From positions 1 through 26,348 of IMG/VR virus record IMGVR_UViG_3300003431_000008: 26,348 nucleotides of DNA. One strand, written 5' to 3'. Under the pieces are notes generated by a model. The model had not been told where the DNA came from. It saw nothing but the letters and a program-made list of their open reading frames with translations, and did no database searches. The position numbers were made by a program, and so were the translations under genes. This document shows, in pieces, positions 1 through 7,742 of the stretch; the first letter of the stretch is position 1; each line of letters begins with the position of its first letter. The stretch is from a virus (Duplodnaviria > Caudoviricetes).

Positions 1-219
1 GCTATTGTCGAGATTGGCAAAGTAATTAAAACGCCTGGCGTTTATGACTTAGAGTTAAACGAAATAACCGCTCCGGAATTTTACGACGGATATGCCTTTG
101 ACGTTATGTCGGATATTGAGTACAAATTTGAAAGCGAAATTTTCCCTACAACCCCGATGCACAATTTTGCCGGATGTGAGCCAATTAAATTAGTAGATTA
201 TGAGCCGACAGCAATTTGA
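1..219 (+). CDS. 3' end of a hypothetical (probably virion/tail-associated) protein, truncated at window start
   Basis: Frame 1 is open from base 1 (AIVEIGKVIKTPGVYDLELNEITAPEFYDGYAFDVMS...PTAI) to TGA at 217-219; overlaps next start. Confidence 0.6.
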   Translation, partial: AIVEIGKVIKTPGVYDLELNEITAPEFYDGYAFDVMSDIEYKFESEIFPTTPMHNFAGCEPIKLVDYEPTAI

Positions 220-382
220 TGTTATTTTAAATAAGTTAATCTCTCGAAAATTATCGGTTTTCGTGATCGCTTGTATTGGATTATTTAATCACACGTTAAC
301 CTCTTCGGATTGGGTTGTTATTGCGACGGCTTATATCGGTATCGAGGGGATTACGAACATAGTTGAAAGGTTAAGAAAATGA
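200..382 (+). CDS. putative holin (small 2-TM protein)
   Basis: 60 aa, SRKL then two hydrophobic segments (LSVFVIACIGLF; WVVIATAYIGIEGI), basic C-terminus; lies upstream of endolysin. Confidence 0.6.
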   Translation: MSRQQFDVILNKLISRKLSVFVIACIGLFNHTLTSSDWVVIATAYIGIEGITNIVERLRK

Positions 383-564
383 GACAGTACTTCCTTGACT
401 TAAAATTGTCACTATTAACCGGAACATATTTTATTATCTCATTTGCTGAGGTTGACGTCGCGATGAAAATATTCGCTTTTATATTGGCCTCCGGTTACAC
501 TTTACGCCGTTGGTATTTAATGGAAAAAAATAAAAATGACAATGGAGGACAAATTAACAATTGA
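379..564 (+). CDS. putative holin/antiholin-like membrane protein
   Basis: 61 aa, two hydrophobic stretches, GYTLRRWY followed by charged tail; ATGA overlap with previous gene; directly before endolysin. Confidence 0.55.
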   Translation: MRQYFLDLKLSLLTGTYFIISFAEVDVAMKIFAFILASGYTLRRWYLMEKNKNDNGGQINN

Positions 565-1021
565 AAGAATAAGCAAAGCGCATCCAAAAATCAAAAAAGA
601 ATTATTACATTTGTATTTAGAATGCAATAAAAAACTGCCTAAAAATGTTCGATTGCGTTTCTCTTATGTTTTTAGAAGTCCGGAGGAGCAAAGAAAATTA
701 TTTTTACAAAGGCCAAAGGTAACGAATGCCGATAGTTGGCAATCAATCCATAATTACGGACTCGCCTTTGACATTGTTTTGTTATATGATAAAAATGGAG
801 ACGGAACTTTTGAGAGTGCAAGTTGGGAAAATGACAAAAATTGGCAATTTGTAGTTAATTTTTTTAAGGCTGCCGGTTATGAGTGGGGCGGTGATTGGAA
901 AAAATTTAAAGACGCTCCACATTTTCAAAAAGACTTTGGATATGATTGGAAAAAATTAAAAAGTTTAATTGAAAATAAAATTACTATATTTGAAAACGGA
1001 ATTACTTATCCAAATATATGA
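536..1021 (+). CDS. endolysin, M15 family zinc peptidase (L-Ala-D-Glu peptidase-like)
   Basis: FRSPEEQ, SxHxxGxAxD (SIHNYGLAFD), WGGDW and DAPHFQ motifs. Confidence 0.92.
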   Translation: MTMEDKLTIERISKAHPKIKKELLHLYLECNKKLPKNVRLRFSYVFRSPEEQRKLFLQRPKVTNADSWQSIHNYGLAFDIVLLYDKNGDGTFESASWENDKNWQFVVNFFKAAGYEWGGDWKKFKDAPHFQKDFGYDWKKLKSLIENKITIFENGITYPNI

Positions 1022-2010
1022 ATGTAACTTATAAGGGTGAAATTGTTAGAGAATATTTACTTAAATTTCCACACGCATCCACGAACGCAATCAGTCGTCT
1101 ATTGGTTGCAGATTATCCGATCGACTTTAATAGTGTAGAAAGCGCCCGAGGGATGGTAAGATCCCACAGAGGCGAATTAAACAATAGCGTTAAACAAACG
1201 ACCTCAGTAAGAACAGAAAAAGAAAGAAAACAATTTATGGAAAAAAATTTTGAGTTACCAGAATCGGACTACGAAAAGCAAAGCGAAGTTATAGTCCCTA
1301 ACAAAAACATTTTATTTTTATCGGATATCCATTTTCCCTATCAAAATAACGACGCTCTTAAATTAGCGCTCGATTATGGTAAGTCAGAGAAAATCGATTG
1401 CGTTTATTTAAACGGAGATACTATCGACATGTATATGTTGAGCCGTTTTATTAAAGATAGGCGTCTTCGTAATATGGCCGACGAGTTGGAAATGACTCGA
1501 AACTTTTTAAAGAATTTACAAGACCATTTTCAAGCTCCGATTTATTACAAAATAGGAAACCACGAGGATCGTTGGCAAAACTTTTTAAAGTTGCAAGCCC
1601 CTGAGCTTTTAGGAATACCGGATTTTGAACTCTCAACGATTTTAAGATTTGGAGAGGCTGGAGTCCAAGAGGTAAAAAGTAAACAAATAGCGAAAGCCGG
1701 TAAATTGCCACTACTTCACGGACACGAATTTTTTAGCGGTTTCGCTCCTCCGGTTAATCCGGCGAGAGGACTATATATGAAAGCAAAGGAAAGCTCAATT
1801 ATTGGTCATCACCATAGGACATCCGAACATACTGAGGTTTCCTTAAGTGGAAACGTAACAACGACCTGGAGCGTTGGTTGTTTATGTGGTTTACAGCCGG
1901 AATATATGCCGTTTAATAGTTGGAATAACGGCTTTGCTCATATTTTAGTGGAAAAAAATGGCGATTATGAGGTGAATAATCTTAGAATAGTGGAAAATAA
2001 AATCCGATAA
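1018..2010 (+). CDS. calcineurin-like metallophosphoesterase with N-terminal extension
   Basis: Five metallophosphoesterase motifs: SDIH, NGD, GNHE, HGH, GHHH. Confidence 0.9.
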   Translation: MNVTYKGEIVREYLLKFPHASTNAISRLLVADYPIDFNSVESARGMVRSHRGELNNSVKQTTSVRTEKERKQFMEKNFELPESDYEKQSEVIVPNKNILFLSDIHFPYQNNDALKLALDYGKSEKIDCVYLNGDTIDMYMLSRFIKDRRLRNMADELEMTRNFLKNLQDHFQAPIYYKIGNHEDRWQNFLKLQAPELLGIPDFELSTILRFGEAGVQEVKSKQIAKAGKLPLLHGHEFFSGFAPPVNPARGLYMKAKESSIIGHHHRTSEHTEVSLSGNVTTTWSVGCLCGLQPEYMPFNSWNNGFAHILVEKNGDYEVNNLRIVENKIR

Positions 2011-2020
2011 TGTACTTATA

Positions 2021-2494
2021 ATGGAAAATAAAATCAAATATTTATTAGTATTATTGCTTTTAGTTGGGTGCGGAACTCGTAAAGTAAACAAAAGCGATAC
2101 CGAAAACAAGACAAAAACGGAGGTAAGCATCTCCGACACTACTAAAATTGTCACAAATACGGCCTATAATATCGACAAAGTCGTTAATGATTTTTATATT
2201 GAGCCAGTAGATACGACAAAAGCGATAGTCATAATTGACAATGCCGGCAAAAAAACCTCGTATATTAATGCTAAAATACGTCACAGACGTGAAAACAGCT
2301 CAAATAAGACACTAAAAAACGAGATTGTACAAAGTAGTCGCAAAGAAAATATTAAGCAAACCACGCAATCTAAAATAAGCGCTAAGGAAGTACAAAGAGA
2401 AATCTCGATTGTCAGTCAACTTTGGTGGTTATGGCTTATATTATTGGCTTTAATATTATACTACCTTAATAAGAGATTAAATTTATTCGCTTAA
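2021..2494 (+). CDS. lipoprotein with C-terminal TM helix, putative unimolecular spanin
   Basis: Signal peptide with lipobox LLLLVG|C (Cys17), S/T/K-rich periplasmic part, C-terminal TM LWWLWLILLALILYYL; last gene of lysis cassette. Confidence 0.7.
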   Translation: MENKIKYLLVLLLLVGCGTRKVNKSDTENKTKTEVSISDTTKIVTNTAYNIDKVVNDFYIEPVDTTKAIVIIDNAGKKTSYINAKIRHRRENSSNKTLKNEIVQSSRKENIKQTTQSKISAKEVQREISIVSQLWWLWLILLALILYYLNKRLNLFA

Positions 2495-2522
2495 CTGTTG
2501 ACGTCACAGACTTAAGCAAATC

Positions 2523-2549
2523 AAAGCCACTTTTTTAAGTGGTTTTTTT
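2523..2549 (+). terminator. intrinsic terminator ending lysis cassette
   Basis: AAAGCCACTT-TTTT-AAGTGGTTTT stem running into T7. Confidence 0.8.
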
Positions 2550-2560
2550 ATGTCTATAAA

Positions 2561-2621
2561 TGTTAAAGTTTTGTTAAAATTTAATTAAAGGCCTTTTAAT
2601 TAAAAATTGATTGTATATTTG
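2561..2621 (+). promoter_or_regulatory. Bacteroidota-type early promoter (-7 TATATTTG 2614-2621) with upstream repeat and palindrome
   Basis: TAnnTTTG match; TGTTAAA direct repeat at 2561 and 2572; near-palindrome TTAATTAAAGGCCTTTTAATTAA 2581-2603; no clear -33 TTTG. Confidence 0.65.
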
Positions 2622-2654
2622 TACTCAGATAACAACAACATAAAAAAACAAATT

Positions 2655-2828
2655 ATGACAACTTTAAAATTAGAATATCAAAAACAAGCTACAATTTATA
2701 ATAAAAATTTAAAAGCTATAAAAAGACAATTAAACTCAAAACAATTATTTGATTTAAAAAAATTATATAATTGTTCAGATGACAATCAATTAGCAAAAAT
2801 AACAATGTTAAGAGGCATTCAACTTTAA
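2655..2828 (+). CDS. hypothetical early protein (57 aa; start revised from 2607)
   Basis: ATG 2655 has an A-rich leader (aaaaaaacaaatt) and lies downstream of the promoter; the TTG at 2607 lies within the promoter. Confidence 0.6.
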   Translation: MTTLKLEYQKQATIYNKNLKAIKRQLNSKQLFDLKKLYNCSDDNQLAKITMLRGIQL

Positions 2829-2839
2829 AAAACAAAACT

Positions 2840-2926
2840 ATGAAAACAAAAAAATTTTATTACAGCTTTTTTTTAATTGCAGCGAGTTATTTTTTAATTC
2901 AAATAATTTTCAGATATGGAAACTAA
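2840..2926 (+). CDS. small membrane peptide (28 aa), not in ORF track
   Basis: MKTKKFYYSFFLIAASYFLIQIIFRYGN; A-rich leader; fills the gap between neighbours. Confidence 0.5.
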   Translation: MKTKKFYYSFFLIAASYFLIQIIFRYGN

Positions 2927-3110
2927 AAAATTAATCCATAAACACCGAAAGCAAATTGCAATCTTAAAAATGATTGAGAATGCTCAATTAAAATTTGACT
3001 CTCATATTGAATTGACAAATTTAGGTTTAAATTTAATCTACAATTTACAAAGAGCCAAAACAATGTTACAAATAGAAAATAGACTTTTAACTTATTATTA
3101 TTCATTATGA
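2916..3110 (+). CDS. hypothetical protein
   Basis: 64-aa ORF in a tightly overlapping chain; ATGA overlap with next gene. Confidence 0.6.
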   Translation: METKKLIHKHRKQIAILKMIENAQLKFDSHIELTNLGLNLIYNLQRAKTMLQIENRLLTYYYSL

Positions 3111-3316
3111 ATTTATTAGACAGACTAAAACCGGAATATTTAGAAAAATTGGAAATTGTAAAAAATGATTATCCAATAATGTATGAAAAAATAAACAATA
3201 GTTTGAATGGAAATCAAAGCGTTTTCGCATTAACACTTGACGAGGCAAGCTCAATTTGTGTATTTTTAAATATGGAAACGACATTAAACAATTTAATGAG
3301 CTTATTTATAGAATAA
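3107..3316 (+). CDS. hypothetical protein
   Basis: 69-aa ORF, ATGA and TAATG couplings at its ends. Confidence 0.65.
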   Translation: MNLLDRLKPEYLEKLEIVKNDYPIMYEKINNSLNGNQSVFALTLDEASSICVFLNMETTLNNLMSLFIE

Positions 3317-3459
3317 TGAATAAAAAAAACGCCGGACGCAAGTCCAAATTTAAAGAGGGAACTCAAACCAAAATAATAAAAAGGTTAATCCCTATCGAGT
3401 CAGAAAATGAAATTAAATTAACAATTGAAAAAATCTTAGAAAAATGGAAGAGAAACTAA
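3316..3459 (+). CDS. small basic DNA-binding protein (AGRK motif, possibly ribbon-helix-helix-like); start revised from 3256
   Basis: MNKKNAGRKSKFKEGTQTKIIKRLIPIESENEIKLTIEKIL; TAATG coupling at 3314-3318. Confidence 0.55.
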   Translation: MNKKNAGRKSKFKEGTQTKIIKRLIPIESENEIKLTIEKILEKWKRN

Positions 3460-3560
3460 AACAAATTAAAAAATTCGACAAATGGATGCGTAAAACCGTC
3501 CAATCGATCCACTACTCAAATAATGAAAAAATGTGCAACGCTTATCAAAAAATTAACTGA
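3444..3560 (+). CDS. hypothetical protein (38 aa), not in ORF track
   Basis: MEEKLKQIKKFDKWMRKTVQSIHYSNNEKMCNAYQKIN; stop abuts ATG 3561. Confidence 0.5.
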   Translation: MEEKLKQIKKFDKWMRKTVQSIHYSNNEKMCNAYQKIN

Positions 3561-4004
3561 ATGGGAGCAAGTTCAAAATTATTCTTAGAAAATTCGGAGC
3601 AATTCGTTACAATGTACGAGCCAACTTTTACAAAAAAAGACGCAATACTTACAGGAAAGCGAATGGTTGACAATGTAATCGAAAGTGGCGAGGTAGATAA
3701 ACATCAATTTATGGCAAATATTTGCCGTTTAAAAGAGGTTATTAATTCGGCCGACTCAGAGATGAGAAAATACTTACCATTTGAAAAATTGAAGTATTAC
3801 GGGGTTGAGTTCGTTCCGACAAATGGAGGCGATACAATCAATTACGCTGAGGACGAAATTTATTGCCAATTAAAAGCCGATCTCGACGCAAGGGTTGAGC
3901 TATTAAAGCTCGCTCAAAAACAGCAAATAATTGACGCATACGGAAACGACGTTCCCAAAGTGGGAACAACACCGCGCAAAAATTCAATATCAATAAAATT
4001 TTAA
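3561..4004 (+). CDS. hypothetical protein (early/recombination region)
   Basis: 147-aa ORF with coding-like composition; no motif recognised. Confidence 0.75.
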   Translation: MGASSKLFLENSEQFVTMYEPTFTKKDAILTGKRMVDNVIESGEVDKHQFMANICRLKEVINSADSEMRKYLPFEKLKYYGVEFVPTNGGDTINYAEDEIYCQLKADLDARVELLKLAQKQQIIDAYGNDVPKVGTTPRKNSISIKF

Positions 4005-4008
4005 TATT

Positions 4009-4221
4009 ATGAAATTAGGACAAAAAGTTAAATTAAAAGAAAATAGTATTTTCGCAATGGAAATCGATAAACACAATCCAACTGATAAAATCGGAGTTAT
4101 TGTCGAAATAGGCAACGAATATCAAAACCCAAAACGAACTCAAGCGCTGCCGGTTTTGGTTGACTGGGGGAAATTTACAAATAGTTATCGTTATTTAGAT
4201 TTGGAGGAAGTAAATGAGTAA
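4009..4221 (+). CDS. hypothetical small beta-rich protein
   Basis: 70 aa, MKLGQKVKL...GVIVEI...VDW...NSY..DL pattern typical of small SH3-like phage proteins. Confidence 0.65.
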   Translation: MKLGQKVKLKENSIFAMEIDKHNPTDKIGVIVEIGNEYQNPKRTQALPVLVDWGKFTNSYRYLDLEEVNE

Positions 4222-4345
4222 GCAAAGCGAACTAACCAGGATCAAAAGAGTATTAAATTTTTACTATAAACGAGGAATAAACTCCGAGAGAGTTAATAAT
4301 TTATACCGAAAAATTTTGTTAATTAAAAAGAATTATATAATTTAG
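4214..4345 (+). CDS. hypothetical basic protein (43 aa), not in ORF track
   Basis: MSKQSELTRIKRVLNFYYKRGINSERVNNLYRKILLIKKNYII; overlaps previous stop. Confidence 0.5.
   Translation: MSKQSELTRIKRVLNFYYKRGINSERVNNLYRKILLIKKNYII
4315..4345 (+). promoter_or_regulatory. possible Bacteroidota-type promoter for the SSB-like gene
   Basis: TTTG 4315-4318, 19-nt spacer, TAATTTAG 4338-4345 (one mismatch to TAnnTTTG). Confidence 0.45.
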
Positions 4346-4360
4346 CAATATCATAATACC

Positions 4361-4392
4361 GATGCAAGGTTTGGGCATCTTAATTTCAAACC
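4361..4392 (+). promoter_or_regulatory. predicted H-type RNA pseudoknot in 5' UTR of SSB-like gene
   Basis: S1 GATGC(4361-65)/GCATC(4375-79); S2 GGTTTGG(4368-74)/TCAAACC(4386-92); L1=AA, L3=6 nt. Confidence 0.6.
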
Positions 4393-4409
4393 ATAAATAA
4401 ATAAAAATT

Positions 4410-5099
4410 ATGAGTACAATTTCAAACCGCAGACAAGCGTTTGCACAACCACAGACAAATCCCTCAACTAAATTTATTGAGTGGAAATCCAACGACAAAG
4501 GTTTCAATTATTACGACAAAGAAACCAAAGAAAACGTCGCAATTCCTTTGCCTTTTAAATTCTTAGTCCTTGACGAATTGCACACCGTAAAAGGTTGGAA
4601 CGACGCAAGCTCAAGTCAAATCAATTCCAACGAGGTAAAATTTATCTCACGTGACGAAATGGTTGTCAAACCATTCAAAGGAAACGAGATCGCAAAGGGT
4701 TTATACAAAGACATTAAGGAGAAAATTAAGGCGGCCGGAGGGCATTATGTTAAGAGCGTTTATTGCATGCTCGAGGACGGCTCAATCGCTAATTTACAAC
4801 TTAAGGGCGCAGCGTGCCAAAGTTATGGAGATTTCACAGCAAAGACTAGATCACGTTTGACGGACGAGTGGGTTGTCGTTGACAAAGCAATCGACGGCAA
4901 AAAGGGAGCTGTTAAATATACGACGCCAGGCTTTGCGTTTGATAAGTCATTAAGCGAGTCGGAGGCTGACTTAGCTGACGAGGCTTATAATGTATTGGAG
5001 GCCTATTTAAAAACCTATTTGGCAAAGGCTGAGCCTATCGACGCAATCGCTCCGAGTGAGACCGATGAGGTTATCGAGGACGACGATTTGGACTTTTAG
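4410..5099 (+). CDS. putative single-stranded DNA-binding protein
   Basis: 229 aa, aromatic/beta-rich core and acidic C-terminal tail ending EVIEDDDLDF; lies just before the replication genes. Confidence 0.6.
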   Translation: MSTISNRRQAFAQPQTNPSTKFIEWKSNDKGFNYYDKETKENVAIPLPFKFLVLDELHTVKGWNDASSSQINSNEVKFISRDEMVVKPFKGNEIAKGLYKDIKEKIKAAGGHYVKSVYCMLEDGSIANLQLKGAACQSYGDFTAKTRSRLTDEWVVVDKAIDGKKGAVKYTTPGFAFDKSLSESEADLADEAYNVLEAYLKTYLAKAEPIDAIAPSETDEVIEDDDLDF

Positions 5100-5125
5100 A
5101 TTATTGTTGGTTAATAATTGAAATC

Positions 5126-5152
5126 GGAGGGCATTATGTCCTCCTTTTTTTT
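5126..5152 (+). terminator. intrinsic terminator
   Basis: GGAGGGCA-TTA-TGTCCTCC followed by T8. Confidence 0.85.
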
Positions 5153-5154
5153 AC

Positions 5155-5261
5155 AATAGTACACATTTAAACCGTTTCCCTATACTCCCCTTAAAAACAA
5201 AATATAAAATTTAATAGGGGGGGGTATAAATTGAAAAAAAATGTGTTGAATGTGTACTATT
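5155..5261. repeat. nested inverted repeat, candidate replication origin
   Basis: Perfect 13-bp arms AATAGTACACATT (5155-67)/AATGTGTACTATT (5249-61); inner TATACTCCCC (5181-90)/GGGGGGTATA (5219-28); AT-rich core. Confidence 0.6.
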
Positions 5262-5304
5262 AAAAAAAATATTAAAAAAAATTAGTTTATTAAAAATTAA
5301 TTAT

Positions 5305-5312
5305 TATCTTTG
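5305..5312 (+). promoter_or_regulatory. Bacteroidota -7 promoter element for the primase operon
   Basis: TATCTTTG preceded by TAAAAATTAATT, as in the other early promoters. Confidence 0.65.
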
Positions 5313-5321
5313 AAAAACAAT

Positions 5322-5404
5322 TGGAGTGGTAGCCATTTATAACTTTTTACAAAGTCCTTAATACCACGCAACTACCACTGCTGGTATTAGGGACTATTTT
5401 TTTT
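5322..5404 (+). promoter_or_regulatory. structured leader: terminator-like hairpin whose loop pairs with the 5' segment
   Basis: Stem AGTCCTTAATACCA(5353-66)/TGGTATTAGGGACT(5382-95), T8 at 5397-5404; loop CTACCACT(5372-79) is the reverse complement of AGTGGTAG(5325-32). Confidence 0.65.
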
Positions 5405-5409
5405 ACATT

Positions 5410-7740
5410 ATGATAGTATCAGTATTTAAAGACTTGTATAAGTCAACAGACGTCCCCTTTCACGTTCCAATTGAAAAAATAGTCAATAGGATTAAAAAAG
5501 GAACTTCAAAAGAGATTATCGATTTAATTCGAAACGGCCAATTGCAATTAAAAAGCTCTTTGCCTTGTATTATTTTTGGAGGGATTTTTAATGAGCGAAA
5601 TTCAAACTCACTTCAAGAGCATTCCGGATTAATGGTTGTCGATTTTGATAAATATCCAGACGTTAAAACGATGCTCTCACAATTTGAGATTTTAAAACAA
5701 AATAAACATTTTTGTTTACTTTTTATATCTCCCTCAGGAATGGGAATTAAGGGCGTTTTGAGAGTATCAAATGAACTAACTAAGGAAACGCATCCAAAAG
5801 TATTTAAAGAGTTTCAAAAGCAATTTAATTTCGATTATTTTGATATAAGTAATTCCAATGTCGACCGAGTTTGTTATGAGTCATACGATCCGAATATTTA
5901 TTTTAATAAAGAGGCTGAGATATTTGATCCAATACTAAAAGAGGAGGGATTTAATGTATCGGAGAGAGTGCCACTTTTACCGGTTACCGACCAGGATAAA
6001 ATTATTGCTAAGATAATGGAGTGGAATTGGCAAAAAGATTTTAGAGAGGGAGAGCGTAACGCTTTTATTTTTGATTTGGCCGGAGCGTTTTGCGAATATG
6101 GTATCTCTCAATCCAATGCAGAGGGTTACATTCTTAATAATGTAGTGATAGGAGACTTCTCAGAGACAGAGGCAAAAACCACAATAAAATCCGCTTATAA
6201 AAAACGTAATTTTGATATAAAATACTTTGAGAATTATAATAAAATAGACTCTATAAAAGTAGATTTAAAAAAAGGTAAAAAGGAAGTAATCGAGAAATAC
6301 GGTATCACGGAGGATACATTCAACGAAATAAAGGAAGCATCCGAACACGAAGACTTTTGGCAATATGGCGAAAAAAATAAGCTGAGAATTGATAATTTAA
6401 AGTACCGATTATTTTTAGAACGTAACGGATTTAAAAAATATTTTCAATCTGAGGCACAAAAGGCAACGTGGATTTATATAAGCTCCAATAAAGTAGTGGA
6501 AACCTCAGCCGAAAAAATAAAAGATTTTGTACTTAATTATTTAATGGATCGAGGAGAGATTGACGTTTGGAATTATTGCGCAAGTTATCAAAATATATTC
6601 TCAGAAAATTATTTATCAATGATTGAGAGCGTCGATTTAATGATGCTAAAAGATACCAAAACAAAATCTTATATTGCGTTTGAAAATGGTATTTTAGAAG
6701 TCACAAAAGACTCTATTAAATTGGTTGATTATATCGACGTCGACGGATACGTTTGGAAGTCTCAAATTATACAAAGAGATTTTAATCAAAGCGAGAATTT
6801 AGAAAATGAATATAAGACTTTTATAAATAATATTAGCAATAATGAGCCAATAGCTATTGAGTGCGTCGTTGGGTATCTTTTAAGTACTTATAAAAACAAA
6901 ATGAATAATAAGGCTATAATCTTAAACGATGAGGTTATAAGCGAAAATCCGGAGGGAGGAACTGGGAAAGGATTATTTGTACAAGGTTTAAAACAAATTA
7001 GAAAAATATCAATATTAGACGGAAAGTCTTTTGACGATAAAAAATCGTTTCCATATCAAACCGTCTCTCCAGAGACTCAAGTTTTAGTATTTGACGACGT
7101 TAAAAAGAATTTTGACTTTGAGAGCAAATTTAGTTTGGTTACTGAGGGGATGACTTTGGAACGTAAAAACAAAGACGCTATTAAGTTGAAAGTTGAGGAG
7201 AGTCCGAAAATGGTTATCTCTACAAATTACGCAATCAAAGGAGAGGGAAATTCTCATGATCGTCGTAGATTTGAGATTGAGTTTGCACAATTTTACGGAA
7301 AGGCTTTGACACCTTACGACGAATTTAATCGCCAACTATTTGACGACTGGGACGACGAGGATTATAAGCGCTTTGATAATTATATGGTTTACTGTTTACA
7401 ATCTTATTTGAAATTGGGCTTAGTACCTCAAAACGCAAAGAATATAAAAATGCGTAAATTTATAGCTGAGACTTCAATGGAGTTTTTAGAGTGGATTAAG
7501 GATATTGAAAACGTACCTCACAATCAAAGACTCGAAAAATCTTTTTACTTTAATAATTTTACAACCGAGTACCAGGATTATAAAAAATGGTTGACAAATA
7601 AAAAGTTTAATATTTGGGTACAAAAGTATTGCAATTTTATAGGAGCAAAATATAACGACGGAAATACTAACGGGATGCGTTGGTTTATTATAATTACAAA
7701 TGAAAATAAAATTGTCGAGCACGACGATATTGCTTTTTAA
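5410..7740 (+). CDS. primase-helicase (VirE_N/BT4734-like primase domain, PriCT-like domain, C-terminal P-loop helicase)
   Basis: KSSLP...HSGLMVVDFD...SPSGMGIK...R.CYESYDP primase-type motifs; EGERN..F.LA PriCT-like segment; Walker A GGTGKG, Walker B LVFDD, STN, DRRR; acidic tail DDIAF. Confidence 0.85.
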   Translation: MIVSVFKDLYKSTDVPFHVPIEKIVNRIKKGTSKEIIDLIRNGQLQLKSSLPCIIFGGIFNERNSNSLQEHSGLMVVDFDKYPDVKTMLSQFEILKQNKHFCLLFISPSGMGIKGVLRVSNELTKETHPKVFKEFQKQFNFDYFDISNSNVDRVCYESYDPNIYFNKEAEIFDPILKEEGFNVSERVPLLPVTDQDKIIAKIMEWNWQKDFREGERNAFIFDLAGAFCEYGISQSNAEGYILNNVVIGDFSETEAKTTIKSAYKKRNFDIKYFENYNKIDSIKVDLKKGKKEVIEKYGITEDTFNEIKEASEHEDFWQYGEKNKLRIDNLKYRLFLERNGFKKYFQSEAQKATWIYISSNKVVETSAEKIKDFVLNYLMDRGEIDVWNYCASYQNIFSENYLSMIESVDLMMLKDTKTKSYIAFENGILEVTKDSIKLVDYIDVDGYVWKSQIIQRDFNQSENLENEYKTFINNISNNEPIAIECVVGYLLSTYKNKMNNKAIILNDEVISENPEGGTGKGLFVQGLKQIRKISILDGKSFDDKKSFPYQTVSPETQVLVFDDVKKNFDFESKFSLVTEGMTLERKNKDAIKLKVEESPKMVISTNYAIKGEGNSHDRRRFEIEFAQFYGKALTPYDEFNRQLFDDWDDEDYKRFDNYMVYCLQSYLKLGLVPQNAKNIKMRKFIAETSMEFLEWIKDIENVPHNQRLEKSFYFNNFTTEYQDYKKWLTNKKFNIWVQKYCNFIGAKYNDGNTNGMRWFIIITNENKIVEHDDIAF

Positions 7741-7742
7741 TT

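Noticed and set aside
4651-4860. Alternative-frame + ORF of 69 aa
   Set aside because: Entirely inside the SSB-like gene; no slippery site or start context noted
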